Positions 1-10,329 of a DNA stretch of 64,000 nt are shown here, one piece after another. Under the pieces are notes generated by a model that did no database searches, had not been told where the DNA came from, and worked only from the letters and a program-made list of their open reading frames with translations. This DNA comes from Candidatus Woesebacteria bacterium (GTDB taxonomy: Bacteria; Patescibacteriota; Microgenomatia; UBA8517): NCBI GenBank assembly GCA_003484955.1, contig DMZH01000002.1:145700-209699 (forward strand), given 5' to 3'. How positions within the stretch are numbered: position 1 is the first letter of the stretch; the number at the start of each line of letters is the position of its first letter. The translations under genes were made by a program, and so were the position numbers.

Positions 1-2
1 TT

Positions 3-1016
3 CTTAACAATAAAGCCCCAACAAAACTTCAAATCGGTGAAAAGTTGACCAAAGGTTTGGGAGTTGGTGGAAATCCTGAAGTTGGTCGTCAGGCAGCGGA
101 GGAGTCCGTTGAAAAAATCAAAGAACTCCTTATTGATACGGAAATGGTATTTGTTACTGCGGGAATGGGCGGGGGAACCGGAACCGGAGCAGCTTCGATC
201 GTAGCCCAGCTTGCCAAAGAAGCTGGAGCCTTGACCATAGGAGTTGTGACAAAGCCCTTCGCTTTTGAGGGAACAAGAAGAATGGTTGCGGCGGAGGACG
301 GCATAGAAAGATTAAAAGAGGCGACAGATACCCTGATAGTAATTCCAAATCAGAGGCTGATGGATGTAATTGACAGAAAAATGACTCTTCTTGAAGCTTT
401 TAAAGTTGTTGATTCGGTTTTGGGACAGGGTGTCGGAGGAATAGCCGATATTATTACAACTGCTGGGCTTGTTAACGTAGACTTTGCCGATGTTAAGGCA
501 ATTATGAAAGACGCCGGAAGCGCTCTTCTTGGAATTGGAACCGGAGTCGGAGAGAATAGGGCCCAGATGGCAGCGAGAGCAGCCGTTTCCTCACCGCTTC
601 TTGATCTTTCGATTGAGGGTGCACGCGGAGTTCTTTTCAATGTTGCCGGAGGTAATGACCTTACAATGTTTGAGGTAGATGAGGCAGCAAGAATTATTTC
701 CTCGGCAGCCGACCCGGATGCAAATGTAATTTTTGGGGCTGTTATAAAGTCCGAACTTTCGGATCAGGTAAAAATTACAGTTATTGCCACGGGGTTTGAT
801 GAAACGAGGTCTCATCTTGCCCAAATGAGTCAGACGGCAGTTCAAAGGCCAATTGTTTCAGGTGTCATTAGCGAGCCGGCTGGGTCAATGACTGAAAAAC
901 GGGAAGACGAAGACGAAAGTGATGAACCACCGGAAAATGGCGGAAATTCGGGAAAAGACGAAGATGTTTTTGGAGAAAAGTTCGAAATTCCGGCGTTCCT
1001 CAGGAAAATCCGCTAA
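3..1016 (+). CDS. ftsZ: Cell division protein FtsZ (5' end outside window)
   Basis: GGGTGTG tubulin signature, NVDFADV, C-terminal EIPAFLRK peptide; frame is open back to the window start. Confidence 0.98.
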   Translation, partial: LNNKAPTKLQIGEKLTKGLGVGGNPEVGRQAAEESVEKIKELLIDTEMVFVTAGMGGGTGTGAASIVAQLAKEAGALTIGVVTKPFAFEGTRRMVAAEDGIERLKEATDTLIVIPNQRLMDVIDRKMTLLEAFKVVDSVLGQGVGGIADIITTAGLVNVDFADVKAIMKDAGSALLGIGTGVGENRAQMAARAAVSSPLLDLSIEGARGVLFNVAGGNDLTMFEVDEAARIISSAADPDANVIFGAVIKSELSDQVKITVIATGFDETRSHLAQMSQTAVQRPIVSGVISEPAGSMTEKREDEDESDEPPENGGNSGKDEDVFGEKFEIPAFLRKIR

Positions 1017-1399
1017 TGCCCGAAAGAAATCCTTGTTTAAAATCCGGTTGTCCGGGTTTTTGCTGTCAGGACATTGACATTGAGATCACAAAATCGGAAA
1101 GAACCAGAGTTTTCCCCACCGCAATTCACGTTGATTCGATGAAGGAACTTGCACAAATTAAGAAAGATAACCTGCAGGGATTGTATTATACAGAATATTC
1201 CAGAAAAGGCCTTGAGGGAGGGGATTTTTACGTAATTGTAATAAACGGCCCCTGTCCGAATAGACTTTCTGATGGATCCTGTCTAAAGCATGACGAGCGC
1301 GAATATGCCGCGCGCAATTTTGCAATCGGATGTTCCGACTGCAATGTTATCAGGAAAGAGAATGGATTATCTCCGATTTTTATTGAACCGGTCGAGTAA
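1016..1399 (+). CDS. Cys-cluster protein (YkgJ/CxxCxxCC-like)
   Basis: CLKSGCPGFCC N-terminus, CPNRLSDGSC and CSDC; start overlaps the ftsZ stop. Confidence 0.6.
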   Translation: MPERNPCLKSGCPGFCCQDIDIEITKSERTRVFPTAIHVDSMKELAQIKKDNLQGLYYTEYSRKGLEGGDFYVIVINGPCPNRLSDGSCLKHDEREYAARNFAIGCSDCNVIRKENGLSPIFIEPVE

Positions 1400-1413
1400 G
1401 GTATAATGTATTA

Positions 1414-1716
1414 ATGCCATTTAATAGGCGAGGTTTTTTGCAGGCTTTGGAAGTTTTTCTTTACTGCGCTCTTGTTGGACTTATATTTTGGAAAGGAAAT
1501 GATATTTTCGGTGAAGTAAAGTCGTATTTTGGTCCGGTTCTTGTTCTTCTTCTTTTTTCCACATCGGTACTCGTCTGCGCGGCAATAGTTTTATACAAAC
1601 CCTACAAGCTTTTTATAGCTGACAAGAAAAAAGAAGCGTTGGATACGGTAATTTCAACCGCCATTTGGCTTTTTGTTTTTCTCCTGGCATTTTTTGGAGC
1701 AATGATTATTTTTTAA
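1414..1716 (+). CDS. Small membrane protein (3 TM)
   Basis: Three hydrophobic segments; TATAAT 6 nt before ATG. Confidence 0.7.
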   Translation: MPFNRRGFLQALEVFLYCALVGLIFWKGNDIFGEVKSYFGPVLVLLLFSTSVLVCAAIVLYKPYKLFIADKKKEALDTVISTAIWLFVFLLAFFGAMIIF

Positions 1717-1719
1717 GGG

Positions 1720-2217
1720 TCAGAATTTTGACTTCAATTCCAGGGCCCTCTCTACTATTCTTTCACCAACCTCTCCCCAGTCAAAATATTTTTTGTAATC
1801 TTCGGGATTGATAAGTTTTATTTCGGTAACGCTTCCCGCGGGGTCTTTTACAAAAGGTCCCAGAGGATTAACTTTACAGGCATATCTGAGCTGAATTTTG
1901 TAATCTTTTCCGTGAGATACCTCCTGATAGCCTATCGGTAGAAATTCCAGAACTTCCATATTGGATTCTTCGATAATCTCCCTCTTCAATGTATTTTCAA
2001 AAGTTTCCCCGTCCTCAATTGTTCCGCCGACAAGTCCCCAATTTTTCTTTTTTCCCCCGTGGGCGATCACCATTTTATCCCCATAAAAACAAACTCCGTA
2101 AGCCTGAGTGGTTTTTGCAGGATCAACTTCGTCAAAACTATCCGCGTCATGGTAAATTATTTTTGAGGTCCTCCCCGCAACTGTCATTGAAGAGTTTATA
2201 GTTTTAAGCATACGCAA
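1720..2217 (-). CDS. NUDIX hydrolase
   Basis: Nudix box GGTIEDGETFENTLKREIIEES. Confidence 0.9.
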   Translation of the reverse strand: MRMLKTINSSMTVAGRTSKIIYHDADSFDEVDPAKTTQAYGVCFYGDKMVIAHGGKKKNWGLVGGTIEDGETFENTLKREIIEESNMEVLEFLPIGYQEVSHGKDYKIQLRYACKVNPLGPFVKDPAGSVTEIKLINPEDYKKYFDWGEVGERIVERALELKSKF

Positions 2218-2246
2218 ATTATATACGATTGGTGTAGAATCTGAAA

Positions 2247-2705
2247 ATGAGACAAAAACTTTTGGATTTATTGGAAAAAGTCAAAAAAATTGAAAAAACT
2301 TCCAGAGAGGCAGCCGTAAAATCCCATCACGCCGCAAATGAAGCAAGCGGCGGACTTGTTGCTTCCTACTCGGCTGCGGGGGATGTTGAACATGCCAGGA
2401 ATTCAGCCAACTTAAGTATAGGAAAAGCGGAGAAAATAAAGAAGCTGATGGAGGAGATTGAAAATTCGATCGGAGACGATGTGCCGGAGACTGCCAAACC
2501 CGTCTGTTTCCTCTCGGTTGAGTACGGGGAGGGAGATAAAAAAGATTTATATCTTGTTGAAAATCCTGTTCTTGTTGCGGGATTCAATTTAATTTCATCA
2601 AATTCTCCGCTGGGAAAGTCTTTGTGGGGTAAAGCTGTGGGGGACTCTTTCCTCTACACTTTTGGAGAACAAAGCTTCAGCGGCAAAATTTTGGAGATTG
2701 GATAG
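2247..2705 (+). CDS. GreA/GreB-like protein
   Basis: N-terminal coiled coil; C-terminal ISSNSPLGKSLWGKAVGD resembles the Gre-factor C-domain. Confidence 0.7.
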   Translation: MRQKLLDLLEKVKKIEKTSREAAVKSHHAANEASGGLVASYSAAGDVEHARNSANLSIGKAEKIKKLMEEIENSIGDDVPETAKPVCFLSVEYGEGDKKDLYLVENPVLVAGFNLISSNSPLGKSLWGKAVGDSFLYTFGEQSFSGKILEIG

Positions 2706-2717
2706 GGAATGTTTGGA

Positions 2718-3041
2718 TTACCGTAGAAACACCTGGCCTGTAATATCCAGCCTGTAAATGCCTGGCTGGAACAGTATCCAGTTTTTAGAAGAACCTTTAA
2801 GAAATCCTCTCTCAAATTTATTTGAACTAAAATCCTCGACTTGTATGAAGACACTTTTTTCTTCCCTGACAAGGCGGATAAAATAATCTCCGAAAGGTTG
2901 TTCGAAGCCGGGAACTTCTAAATAAACTGGCAGCACTTTTCCTGGGTGTTTGGTTAGTTTTTTAGTAACATTGTTCCAAAAATCTGGCCACGCCATATTT
3001 ATCGGTTCAAGCTCGTTTTTCAATTCTTTTCTCATTGGCAA
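2718..3041 (-). CDS. Hypothetical protein
   Basis: 107-aa ORF filling the gap between genes; no motif recognised. Confidence 0.55.
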   Translation of the reverse strand: MPMRKELKNELEPINMAWPDFWNNVTKKLTKHPGKVLPVYLEVPGFEQPFGDYFIRLVREEKSVFIQVEDFSSNKFERGFLKGSSKNWILFQPGIYRLDITGQVFLR

Positions 3042-3094
3042 CGGTATTTTAAGCCTGGGGGATATCTAAAGTCAAAATAGGTATAATATACTTA

Positions 3095-4048
3095 ATGGAG
3101 AATTTTTGGACAAAACTTCCCAAACCGTTTACAGTTTTGGCTCCAATGGACGATGTTACTGATAATGTATTCAGACAGGTAGTACTTTCAGCAGGGCGTC
3201 CAGATGTGTTTTTTACTGAATTCTCCAATGCTGACGGCCTCGTACATGGCGCCAACGGAATTCCATTGCGGAAACTCAACTTTACGCCTGATCAGCACCC
3301 TATTGTTGCCCAAATTTGGGGGACCGACCCTGTGAATATGGAAAAGGCGGCAAGAATAGCGGCGAAGCTCGGATTTGACGGAATTGATATCAATATGGGC
3401 TGCCCCGTAAAGGAAGTGGTCAAAAAGGGTGCTGGGGCGGGACTTATTGGGAGTTATAGCCTTTCAGAAAAGCTGATAGATGCTGTCAAAAAAGGTGCCG
3501 GGGGGCTTCCTGTCAGCATAAAAACAAGGCTTGGCAGGAATGAGAATATAGCGCAGGAATGGGTCACGTTTTTACTTAAAAAGAATATCGTAGCATTGAC
3601 TGTTCACGGCCGGATTGCCAAACAAATGTCAAAAGGTGAGGCTAGTTGGGAGGAAATCGGAAAAATTGTAAAAATCAGGGATAGAATCGCTCCGGAAACC
3701 CTGATTATCGGGAATGGCGATATTAAAAGCTATGCGGAAGTTTTAAAAATGCAGAAAAAACACGGAGTCGACGGGGTGATGATAGGACGCGGCATTTTCG
3801 GCAACCCATGGGTATTTGTTAAAGATTTGAAGCCAGTGGAACACCCCAAAAAAGATTATATTAACTTACTTCTCAGGCATATTGATCTTTTCAAGAATAC
3901 TTGGGGAGAAAGTAAAAATTTTGCCATACTCAAAAAGTTTTTCAAAATGTACGTTAAGGATTTTAAGGGAGCAAATAGCCTGCGGATAAAACTGATGGAG
4001 GCAGAGAATTTTGAGGAAGTAAGGAGGATTTTATGGAGCTTGGACTGA
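3095..4048 (+). CDS. dus: tRNA-dihydrouridine synthase
   Basis: LAPM, DINMGCP, TVHGR, GNGDI and GVMIGRG motifs. Confidence 0.95.
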   Translation: MENFWTKLPKPFTVLAPMDDVTDNVFRQVVLSAGRPDVFFTEFSNADGLVHGANGIPLRKLNFTPDQHPIVAQIWGTDPVNMEKAARIAAKLGFDGIDINMGCPVKEVVKKGAGAGLIGSYSLSEKLIDAVKKGAGGLPVSIKTRLGRNENIAQEWVTFLLKKNIVALTVHGRIAKQMSKGEASWEEIGKIVKIRDRIAPETLIIGNGDIKSYAEVLKMQKKHGVDGVMIGRGIFGNPWVFVKDLKPVEHPKKDYINLLLRHIDLFKNTWGESKNFAILKKFFKMYVKDFKGANSLRIKLMEAENFEEVRRILWSLD

Positions 4049-4076
4049 TTTCTCAAAGATGCTAGAATAGCTTCAT

Positions 4077-7000
4077 ATGGCAAAGAAACCTTTTTTTGAT
4101 CCGGTAGACCAGCAAGTAAACTTTCCCGAGCTTGAAAAGGTACTTTTGGAGAAGTGGTATAAGAATGGGATTGTCAAAAAATACCTGGCGCGCAATAAAA
4201 ACTCCAAGAAGTATTTTAGCTTCATGGATGGTCCTATCACGGCCAATAATCCCATGGGAATACACCACGCCTGGGGAAGAACCTATAAAGATCTTTGGCA
4301 GAGATTTAAGAATATGCAGGGCTACAGAGAGCGCTTCCAGAACGGCTTTGATTGTCAGGGACTGTGGGTGGAGGTTGAGGTTGAAAAAGAGCTTGGCTTT
4401 AAGACTAAAAAAGATATTGAAGTTTTTGGCATCGACAAATTTGTTCAGCTTTGTAAAGACCGGGTCAAAAAGTACTCCGGGATACAAACGGAGCAAAGCA
4501 AACGCCTTGGATATTTCATGGATTGGGATCATTCGTACTATACCTTGAGCGATGATAACAACTACATGATTTGGCATTTCCTGAAGGTTTGCAATGAAGC
4601 CGGATGGATCTACAAAGGACAGGACGCTGTAGCCTGGTGCCCGAGGTGCGAAACCGCCATCTCCCAGCACGAAATGCTGACGGAAGATTATAAAGAACTT
4701 ACCCACGAGTCCGTATTTTTGGCGTTTCCTGTTACGGGACAGTCGGAGGAATACCTTGTTGTCTGGACAACAACCCCATGGACGGTGCCGGCCAATGTTG
4801 CCGTAGCGGTTGATCCTGATTTGGATTATTCACTGGTCGGGATTAACGGTAAAAAGTATTGGGTTGCTAAAGGAGCTAAAGATAGAATTTTTACGGGGGT
4901 TAAGGCAAAAGAAATTAAGACTGCTAAAGGGTCAAAGCTGGTGGGCCTTAGATATAAAGGTGCTTTTGATCACTTGCCGAAGGTAATTGAGGCTTCCAGA
5001 AATGACAAATTTCACACGGTTGTGGCAACCGACGATTTAATTCTTCCCATAAACACAGAAGAAGGAACGGGAATGGTGCATGTTGCGACATCATCCGGAT
5101 CGGAAGATTTCAGGCTTGGAAAGAAACTGAGTTTGCCTGTAATTGAGATTATCAAGGACGATGCTTCGTATATGGAGAACCTAGGATTTTTGTCCGGAGA
5201 AAACGCCAAAAAACATCCGGAACTGATCTTGGACTTTCTGAGAAAGCTTGACGAAGCGGGAAAACACTTTTTCTATAAAACCGAAAAATATACCCATAGG
5301 TATCCAGCTTGCTGGAGATGTAAAACCGAGCTTGTTTGGAAAGTGGCCGATGAATGGTATATAGCAATGGATAAGTCATCGCAGATCTCGAGCCGTAAAT
5401 CTCAGACCGTAAAAATAGAGAAGTGGAAAGACGACGAGGATGAAATTAAGACCCCTCCTGATACAAGAACCCTTAGGGAAAGAATGAAAACAGTAGCGGC
5501 AAAAATTAACTGGATTCCGGGTTTCGGCCTTGACCGCGAAATGGATTGGCTGACCAACATGCACGACTGGCTCATCAGTAAGAAAAACAGATATTGGGGT
5601 CTGGCTCTTCCCATATGGGAATGCAAAAAATGTCACAATTTTGAGATAATCGGATCAAAAGAGGAATTAAAGCAGCGTGCGGTTTCGGGTTGGAAGGATT
5701 TTGAAGGCAAGAGTCCTCATAAGCCCCAAATAGACTTAATTAAGGTCAGGTGCGCCAACTGCGGCGCGGTAATGGATAGAATTGAACCGGTGGGCAATCC
5801 ATGGCTTGATGCCGGAATTGTACCTTTCTCCACAATCAGCGAGAAAAACGAAGCCTGCGGTTTTGATGTGACTAAAACCAAACCCATGTACGTCGAAGAT
5901 AGAGATGAATGGCAAAAATGGTTCCCGATTGATTTTATTACGGAAAGTTTTCCAGGACAATTCAAGAACTGGTTTTATGCAATGATTGCCATGAGTACGG
6001 TTCTTACGGACGTAAACCCATATAAAACCGTTTTGGGATACGGAACTCTCCTGGCCGAGGATGGACGGGCCATGCACAAAAGCTGGGGTAATTCAATTGA
6101 GTTTAACGAAGGGGCGGACAAAATCGGAGCTGATGTTATGAGGTGGATGTTTGCTAAGGCAAATCCGGCTGAAAATGCACTTTTTGGATATAAGGTTGCC
6201 GATGAGGTCAGGCGAAGATTCCATCTTAAGCTTTGGAATGTCTACAATTTTTTTGTAACATATGCCAATCTAGATGATTGGCACCCGGGAGTTCACAAAA
6301 AACCCGGCAGAAATTCGAATATTTTAGACAGATGGATACTTGTCAGGCTGGGTCAGACGACAGAACTTGTGGGGAACGCCCTGGAAAAATTTGACGCGGC
6401 AAGCGGGGCTTACGAAATTGAAAAATTTGTTGATGACCTGTCTCTTTGGTATATCAGGCGTTCCCGCGATAGGGTGGGTCCTGCCAAAGAGTCCGAAAAA
6501 GATGCAAACGCGTTTTATTCAACAACTTATTATGTCCTTTATATTTTAGGTAAACTGATGGCTCCTTTTACGCCGTTCCTTTCGGATTTTATTTACACAA
6601 ATCTTACAAAAGAGATTTCGGTGCACCTTTCCGACTGGCCGGAGGCGCCTTCCGAGCCAAGCGCCGATGAATATGAACTCATAAAGGAGATGCAGGCTAT
6701 GCGCGATATTGTTGAAAAGGTACACGCAAAAAGAAAAGAGTTGGCAATTCCGGTGAGACAACCACTGTCTAAAGTTAAAGTGTATGGTCAGGAGAAAAAA
6801 AGCATCAGCCCCGAGGTTTTAAAGATTGCAGAGAGCGAGTTGAATATAAAAACGGTTGACCTTCTCGGTGGAACAGACAAGATTGAGCTTGATATAGTGA
6901 TTACACCTGAGTTGAAGGAGGAAGCTGGTATTAGGGATATTGTTAGGAAAATTCAGGAAGAAAGGAAGAAATTGGGATTAAATCTTACTCAAAAAATTGA

Positions 7001-7112
7001 TGTTAAGATCGAAAAGTTACCCATGAGTAAAAAACTTATTCAGTGGATGTTGAAGAAGGCGCAGATTTCTCATCTCGGGGAAGGAAAATTTGAAGTAAAA
7101 AGATCCTCCTAA
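4077..7112 (+). CDS. ileS: Isoleucine--tRNA ligase (type 2-like)
   Basis: DGP..AN, GFDCQGL, WTTTPWT, GTGMVH, DWLIS; HIGH variant GIHH and KMSKS variant AMHKS. Confidence 0.95.
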   Translation: MAKKPFFDPVDQQVNFPELEKVLLEKWYKNGIVKKYLARNKNSKKYFSFMDGPITANNPMGIHHAWGRTYKDLWQRFKNMQGYRERFQNGFDCQGLWVEVEVEKELGFKTKKDIEVFGIDKFVQLCKDRVKKYSGIQTEQSKRLGYFMDWDHSYYTLSDDNNYMIWHFLKVCNEAGWIYKGQDAVAWCPRCETAISQHEMLTEDYKELTHESVFLAFPVTGQSEEYLVVWTTTPWTVPANVAVAVDPDLDYSLVGINGKKYWVAKGAKDRIFTGVKAKEIKTAKGSKLVGLRYKGAFDHLPKVIEASRNDKFHTVVATDDLILPINTEEGTGMVHVATSSGSEDFRLGKKLSLPVIEIIKDDASYMENLGFLSGENAKKHPELILDFLRKLDEAGKHFFYKTEKYTHRYPACWRCKTELVWKVADEWYIAMDKSSQISSRKSQTVKIEKWKDDEDEIKTPPDTRTLRERMKTVAAKINWIPGFGLDREMDWLTNMHDWLISKKNRYWGLALPIWECKKCHNFEIIGSKEELKQRAVSGWKDFEGKSPHKPQIDLIKVRCANCGAVMDRIEPVGNPWLDAGIVPFSTISEKNEACGFDVTKTKPMYVEDRDEWQKWFPIDFITESFPGQFKNWFYAMIAMSTVLTDVNPYKTVLGYGTLLAEDGRAMHKSWGNSIEFNEGADKIGADVMRWMFAKANPAENALFGYKVADEVRRRFHLKLWNVYNFFVTYANLDDWHPGVHKKPGRNSNILDRWILVRLGQTTELVGNALEKFDAASGAYEIEKFVDDLSLWYIRRSRDRVGPAKESEKDANAFYSTTYYVLYILGKLMAPFTPFLSDFIYTNLTKEISVHLSDWPEAPSEPSADEYELIKEMQAMRDIVEKVHAKRKELAIPVRQPLSKVKVYGQEKKSISPEVLKIAESELNIKTVDLLGGTDKIELDIVITPELKEEAGIRDIVRKIQEERKKLGLNLTQKIDVKIEKLPMSKKLIQWMLKKAQISHLGEGKFEVKRSS

Positions 7113-7113
7113 T

Positions 7114-8166
7114 ATGCGTTCCGTTACTAATTTTTTGTTTAAAGATATTACCCTAAGCCTGTCAATGCTATTTTTACTGGCTTTTAGCGTCGTGATCTTA
7201 AACTCTTTGGAAAAAAATCTTTTTCCTCTTTATTTTGTTTATATTTTTACAGCGCTTCTGGTTTTTTGGATTTTTTCCATGACTGACTTCGAAATTATTT
7301 CTTTATTTTCCAAGTATTTGTATATTATAAGCATCGCGCTTCTTCTTTTAACTTTCATAATAGGAAGCGTTACCAGAAATACCGTCAGGTGGATTCAGCT
7401 GGGGCCAACAAGTCTTCAACCAGCTGAAATTATCAGACCGTTTCTTTTGGTATTTTTTGCGAATTACTTGGGTAGGGGAGAAGTAACCTTAAAAAAGATT
7501 GGTAAGGCTCTCCTCCTTCTCCTTCTTCCTGTGGTGCTTATCCTGGCGCAACCTTCCTTGGGAGTTTCTATTTTAACCATCGTCGGATTTGTCGGTGTGT
7601 TAATGGCTTCTAAATTTAATAAAAAACATCTGATTGTCGGGCTCTTAATTGGTGTAGCGATTCTACCGATTGCCTGGCGTGCAATGGCTCCTTATCAAAG
7701 ACAAAGAATTACCTCTTTTTTGGAACCGGCTAAGGATCCGAGAGGGGCAGGTTACAATAGTATCCAGGCAACAATTGCGGCGGGATCAGGAAAAATTTTC
7801 GGAACAGGGCTCGGAAAAGGGGTTCAAACACAGTTGGCATTTCTACCTGAAAAACAAACAGACTTTGTCTTTGCGGCAACCGCGGAAGAGCTTGGTTTGG
7901 TCGGAGCGGGATTTGTTCTTCTTGCCAGTTTTTTAATACTCATAAGGCTTACCTTTTTTATGGAACACGCTGTTTCTCCTCAGGCGCGGGCATACCTTTC
8001 CGGGTTTTTCCTGACCTATCTGATACAACTTTTTGTCCATGTTGGCATGAATATGGGTATGCTTCCGGTGACAGGGCTGCCCTTTCCACTTCTTTCGGCG
8101 GGAGGATCATCCCTTCTTGCCACCACAATGGGGCTGGGAATTGCGCTGGGAGCCTATCGCAAATAA
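7114..8166 (+). CDS. rodA: SEDS protein RodA/FtsW
   Basis: RWIQLG, QPAE, LPEKQTDF, GLPFPLLSAGGSS motifs. Confidence 0.88.
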   Translation: MRSVTNFLFKDITLSLSMLFLLAFSVVILNSLEKNLFPLYFVYIFTALLVFWIFSMTDFEIISLFSKYLYIISIALLLLTFIIGSVTRNTVRWIQLGPTSLQPAEIIRPFLLVFFANYLGRGEVTLKKIGKALLLLLLPVVLILAQPSLGVSILTIVGFVGVLMASKFNKKHLIVGLLIGVAILPIAWRAMAPYQRQRITSFLEPAKDPRGAGYNSIQATIAAGSGKIFGTGLGKGVQTQLAFLPEKQTDFVFAATAEELGLVGAGFVLLASFLILIRLTFFMEHAVSPQARAYLSGFFLTYLIQLFVHVGMNMGMLPVTGLPFPLLSAGGSSLLATTMGLGIALGAYRK

Positions 8167-8235
8167 CAAACAGGTTCAATTCATCCGCAAGTTTTCACTT
8201 GCTGTTTTCTTGAATCTGCTATAAAATACACGGGT

Positions 8236-8541
8236 ATGTCAAAGTATGCGGTTGTCAGAATTACCGGAAAACAATACAAAGTAGAAGAGGGGCAGGAGAT
8301 CCTTGTAGACAAACTTATTGACCCTAAGAAAATTTCGGCCGAGGTTTTACTTGTTGCCGACGGAGAAAAAGTAAGCGTAGGGAAACCTGTTCTTAAAAAC
8401 GAAGTTAAACTTAAAGTTGTAACGGACCTGGAAAAAGGAGAGAAGCTAGAAATCTATAAATTCAAGGCTAAAAGCAGATATAAAAGACATACCGGGTTTA
8501 GAGCACAATATACAAGACTTCTGGTTGAGAAGATCAGTTAA
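8236..8541 (+). CDS. rplU: 50S ribosomal protein L21
   Basis: YAVVRITGKQYKV...GFRAQYT; upstream of rpmA. Confidence 0.96.
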   Translation: MSKYAVVRITGKQYKVEEGQEILVDKLIDPKKISAEVLLVADGEKVSVGKPVLKNEVKLKVVTDLEKGEKLEIYKFKAKSRYKRHTGFRAQYTRLLVEKIS

Positions 8542-8568
8542 TATATCAAACTATAACTTTCTGTCCTC

Positions 8569-8597
8569 TTGACAACTGTGAAAACATCGATTATATT
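8569..8597 (+). promoter_or_regulatory. Sigma70-type promoter upstream of rpmA
   Basis: TTGACA-17 nt-TATATT. Confidence 0.6.
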
Positions 8598-8618
8598 GTT
8601 GCTTAAGTTCAAAATAAT

Positions 8619-8870
8619 ATGTCAACACATAAAGCAGGAGGAAAAGCTTCACAACATGTAAGTCCGGCAGGAAAACGATTGGGCGCTAAGGTTTCCGATG
8701 GGGAAAAAGTGGTAAAAGGACAGATTCTAATTAGACAGAGAGGAACAAAATTTTCAAAAGGAGCGGGTGTAAAAGAAGGCCGCGACCATACCCTTTATTC
8801 AATTTTAGACGGAAACGTAAAAGTAAGCAGAAAAATAGGTAAACAGATAATGTCTGTTATTTCTAAATAA
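8619..8870 (+). CDS. rpmA: 50S ribosomal protein L27
   Basis: MSTHKAGG, KRLGAK, GQILIRQRGTK, GRDHTLYS. Confidence 0.97.
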   Translation: MSTHKAGGKASQHVSPAGKRLGAKVSDGEKVVKGQILIRQRGTKFSKGAGVKEGRDHTLYSILDGNVKVSRKIGKQIMSVISK

Positions 8871-8871
8871 T

Positions 8872-9720
8872 ATGGCGGAAGAAATAATACAGCTCGATAT
8901 AAATCAACTTCAACCAAACCCCCTTCAACCCCGCGGTGCCATTACCCCTGAAAGTCTGGTAGACCTTGTAGATTCAATTCGTGAACACGGAATTTTAGAG
9001 CCTTTGGTTGTTGCCAAAACTCCGGCAGGATTTCAAATTATTGCAGGTGAGAGGCGCTGGAGAGCATCTAAGCTTGCAGGGCTTACCCATGTTCCCGTTA
9101 TTGTGAGAGAAACTTCACCCAAAGGAATGCTTGAGATGGCCCTTGTGGAGAATGTCCAGAGAGTCGACCTTAACCCGCTTGATAGGGCAAAAGGATTTGA
9201 AAGGTTGATGAATGAGTTTGGCCTTACCACCAGTGAAATCGCAGTCAGAATAGGAAAAAGTGTAGCCTATGTCAGTAACTCGCTGAGGCTTTTATCTCTT
9301 CCCGACGCCCTTAAAGACGGACTTCTCTCGGGGCTTATCAGTGAAGGGCATGCTAGGGCTCTAGCAGCGATTGACGATAGTGGTCTCATGATTGAGGCCT
9401 ATAAGATCGTTTTGAAGGAAAGCGGATCAGTGAGGCGCGCGGAAGAGCTTGCAAGGCGAATGAAAGTTAAGTCGAACCAAGAAGTAAAAAGAACGGACGA
9501 ACACGTAAGAATAGTGTCCGAAGAGATTGACAAAATGCAGAGCGACATGGAGAAGGCATTGGTTGCCAGAAACAATGACGGTGTAGAAAGTATACGTAAA
9601 AATTCGGTAAAATTGATAAGGTCAAGACGCGAAACAAGAGTTGTCTTTATTCTCAAAGGGGGACTAGACGAGACGGAGAACACACTTCAAAGGATATACA
9701 AGTCAGTAACTTCAGAATAA
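8872..9720 (+). CDS. parB: ParB/Spo0J partition protein
   Basis: PNPLQPR, IIAGERRWRA, ENVQRVDLNP, HTH, GHARAL. Confidence 0.95.
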   Translation: MAEEIIQLDINQLQPNPLQPRGAITPESLVDLVDSIREHGILEPLVVAKTPAGFQIIAGERRWRASKLAGLTHVPVIVRETSPKGMLEMALVENVQRVDLNPLDRAKGFERLMNEFGLTTSEIAVRIGKSVAYVSNSLRLLSLPDALKDGLLSGLISEGHARALAAIDDSGLMIEAYKIVLKESGSVRRAEELARRMKVKSNQEVKRTDEHVRIVSEEIDKMQSDMEKALVARNNDGVESIRKNSVKLIRSRRETRVVFILKGGLDETENTLQRIYKSVTSE

Positions 9721-10281
9721 TTATTCGAAAGAATAAGCGGGTGCGGGGACTACTCCTGCAAGTTTCAGAGGCAAATAAATAACCCAAGCACGGCCGCTGA
9801 TGGTACTTTTGGTGATCGGGCCCCAATATCTTGAATCTGAAGAATTTGGTCGGTTATCTCCCATTACAAAATATTCTCCCTCGGGAACTTTATATTCTTC
9901 ACCTTCCGCAAGGAAAGTTCCGGCCTGTGTCGGAGCGGAGTCGTCAATATAGGGCTCATTTAAAAGTTTGCCATTGATGTAAACACGCCCACCTTTGACC
10001 ATTACGGTCTCACCCGGTACCGCAATTATCCTTTTGATATATTCGTCCAAATTCGTAACGGGCGGGGTAAAGATGACGACATCGCCCCTTTCTGGATTTC
10101 TTAGATAATATGTAACCCTTTCCGTCAGAAGATATTCATTATTTGGAAAATTCGGCATCATTGATAGACCATCTATTTTGTGCGGCCGCATAACCAGAAG
10201 ATAGATAAAGAAAAAAATGCCTACGGCAAAAACTATAACTTCGAAAACATCCCAAAAAAAGGCGCCCAAACGCTTGATCAT
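9721..10281 (-). CDS. lepB: Signal peptidase I
   Basis: SMMPN (catalytic Ser), YIKRII (catalytic Lys), GDNRPNSSDSR. Confidence 0.96.
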   Translation of the reverse strand: MIKRLGAFFWDVFEVIVFAVGIFFFIYLLVMRPHKIDGLSMMPNFPNNEYLLTERVTYYLRNPERGDVVIFTPPVTNLDEYIKRIIAVPGETVMVKGGRVYINGKLLNEPYIDDSAPTQAGTFLAEGEEYKVPEGEYFVMGDNRPNSSDSRYWGPITKSTISGRAWVIYLPLKLAGVVPAPAYSFE

Positions 10282-10329
10282 AATTCATTATAGAGAGGTA
10301 TAGGGGACTGATTCAAGGGGAGATAAACC

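Noticed and set aside
4062-4706. Long antisense ORFs over ileS and other housekeeping genes
   Set aside because: Shadow frames of well-supported genes.
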